From positions 21,886,001 through 21,950,000 of the forward strand of contig NC_045138.2 of the NCBI RefSeq assembly GCF_008831285.2: a stretch of DNA of 64,000 bases, written 5' to 3'. The notes beneath the pieces were generated by a model. That model saw only the letters and a list, made by a program, of their open reading frames with translations. It made no database searches and had not been told where the DNA came from. The position numbers were made by a program, and so were the translations under genes. Source of the DNA: Nymphaea colorata (Eukaryota). Shown one piece after another: positions 61,959 through 64,000 of the stretch (the first letter of the stretch is position 1; each line of letters opens with the position of its first letter).

Positions 61959-62353
61959 TAGGAATGTCAACATCGAATTCAAATCGGATATGCCTTTAAT
62001 TGTATTCGCTTTTCAAATATTCATATATTCAAATTCAAATATTAATAAAGAAAAGTCATATATGAAATCCAACTTCACAATCTGAATCCAATTTTCACAT
62101 TCACATATCCAAATCCGAATTTTGAACCAAGTTTGGCAGATTTTCAAAATATGAGAGCATCACTTATAAGATAGTTGTTTAAAAATAAATTCGACTAGAA
62201 AATGATTGGATATTTATACATATCTGAATCTGAATCCGATCAGTTGTTATTTTTAAAATATGAATATGATCCGATTTCTTTATCTGAATGTTTAATTTTT
62301 TTGGAATGGTTTGGTTGGTTATCTGATCCAAACTAGATAGATTGACATCCACA
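61959..62353. mobile_element. hAT-type MITE (TAGGGATGTCAA / ATCCGA-rich family)
   Basis: TIR TAGGAATGTCAA / TTGACATCCACA; perfect 8-bp TSD CATAATAC (61951-61958, 62354-62361). A truncated relative lies at about 29165-29416. Confidence 0.85.
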
Positions 62354-62845
62354 CATAATACCCAAATTACCTTCTATTTTGGAATGAGGGCTCACTTTTC
62401 AAAGGAAGCAGGATGAAGCTTTAAAAAGTACATATTTTACATTGTTAAATTTACACTCAAGTTTTTTATGGTTAATTAAAAACAACGGTAAGTTAAAACC
62501 CATCAAATCAAATACTAAGTTAATGAAAAAAAAGACATGAGCAGAATGGTTTGCAAATACCCCCAGTCTTGCATAATTTTCTAGCACTCATGAAAATTTT
62601 TATTCACTTAACTAATCTTTTCACAAGTTCATCCGGTTCTGACTCGATCTAATCTGTTGACTTAAGTAAGAAGTTAATAGAACTACAGAAATATGATATG
62701 TATGGAACAATTGATCTCAAATTTGCTCTGCAAATAAACATAACAACATTTTAAAATTGTATAACAAGCATACAAATAATTCTGAGTATAGCCCGCATCT
62801 GCTTCCTGTTCATAAGTTTGATGAGGAAACGTCGCCGCCATTGAT

Positions 62846-63072
62846 CAAGGGTGGAGGCAGGTAGGGTCTCCCTGGGGTGTATGCCTTATGGAGCCCACTT
62901 TTTATAACACTAATTCACTGTTGAAACTTGGTTGAATTTAGATCTAGTTATATGGAACAGTCACACGAGATTTTGCCCATGATCAATTGAAAACTTGGCC
63001 TTAGTTATATAGGACAATTTGTTAATCATATATTTAGTGCTCCATTAAAAAAAAAATCTAGTTTCATTCCTA
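62846..63072. mobile_element. hAT-type MITE
   Basis: CAAGGGTGGAGGC...GTTTCATTCCTA; perfect 8-bp TSD CCATTGAT (62838-62845, 63073-63080). Confidence 0.78.
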
Positions 63073-64000
63073 CCATTGATGTAACGGAAAGTGAGCTCTA
63101 TAAACACCACACTCATCCAGGGACAGACAAGGGGTGGCCCGCATGAGCCCTGGCCCCGCTCAAAAAAAAAAAAGAATTTTCAAAATCTAAAACCAAGATA
63201 AAATGTTTTTCCAAATTTTATGAGACAATGAACAATCAAAAAGTAAGTGACCATGCGTTTCACTGGCCACTACACAAAAAATAGATTTGGAGGCCAAATC
63301 CAAACGTCTTCTTTACAACCTAGCATCTTTAAGAAATCTACCAAAACTGGCCACATAGGCTATTTAAGACCAAAAGGCATGGTCTTTGACTATCTTGATA
63401 GATGTTAGACTTAAACCATTGATATTTTTAAAAAAGAGTAAATGAATAGTGATCTTCCAGGTGAGCAAGAGATTAACAACTCACTGCTCCAAGAAGAGGC
63501 CTCTGCCCTCCAGGCTCTGAGCTGCATTGAGACTTGGGTGAAGTATGGTACACCCATCAACTAGAGTCTCACAATCCTACCATTTACAATCCAAGAGAGT
63601 AGTACCCATAGGCATCAAACTGGCAACGCGTCTTCTACACAACCGCCTGCCCAACCGGCTATGAATATATCAAATCAAATATCACAAAGGACCACACACT
63701 AGTATTGGCTACTGTTTATCTTAAATCTATTGCGGAACTAACACATGGCAGATCTACTTTAAGATAACCTGCAGATAACATGGTTTGCTTTCTGTTTTAG
63801 AACAAGTTGATCATTCTAGGCACATGCTAACAAACTTTCACATAAACAAGCACCCATACAGCTTGTACCTCAAGCTTACCAGTAAAATAGAAAAACATCA
63901 ATGATACATGAAGAGAAGTGGGAACATAAGTTTTAGTCGCTTGTCAGCATTGATAATCAAATTGGGCCTTACCAACCACATGCAGCCGTCTTCATGGGTG

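Overview
Plant (angiosperm) nuclear DNA; the species cannot be determined from the sequence. It is AT-rich and dense in transposons. Host genes: a minus-strand tandem array of four intronless SAUR (small auxin-up RNA) genes at 15.1-26.5 kb, a complete five-exon UDP-rhamnose/UDP-galactose transporter (URGT-type, 346 aa, minus strand, 32822-38554), and an orphan C-terminal fragment of a class I small heat-shock protein. Three Ty1/copia LTR retrotransposons can be delimited exactly by LTR pairs, PBS, PPT and 5-bp TSDs, and all are mutationally dead. Element 1 (3120-8263) has non-canonical TA...TA LTR ends. Element 2 (8804-12372, minus) has lost gag/protease and carries a 24-bp U3 minisatellite containing the auxin-response element TGTCTC. 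Element 3 (41561-47474) is nested in a LINE remnant, and its gag appears to take its start codon from a mini-exon inside the 5' LTR via a 1953-nt intron that removes the PBS. Also present: a 4.2-kb PIF/Harbinger-type element with TAA TSD and no recognisable transposase ORF (possible Pack element), many hAT-type MITEs (8-bp TSD), Tourist-type MITEs (3-bp TSD), a short solo LTR and microsatellites. The most interesting leads are the LTR-encoded gag start exon, the AuxRE-array LTR beside the SAUR cluster, the TA...TA copia element and the putative Pack-PIF. All alignments and mismatch counts were done by eye and no database searches were run.
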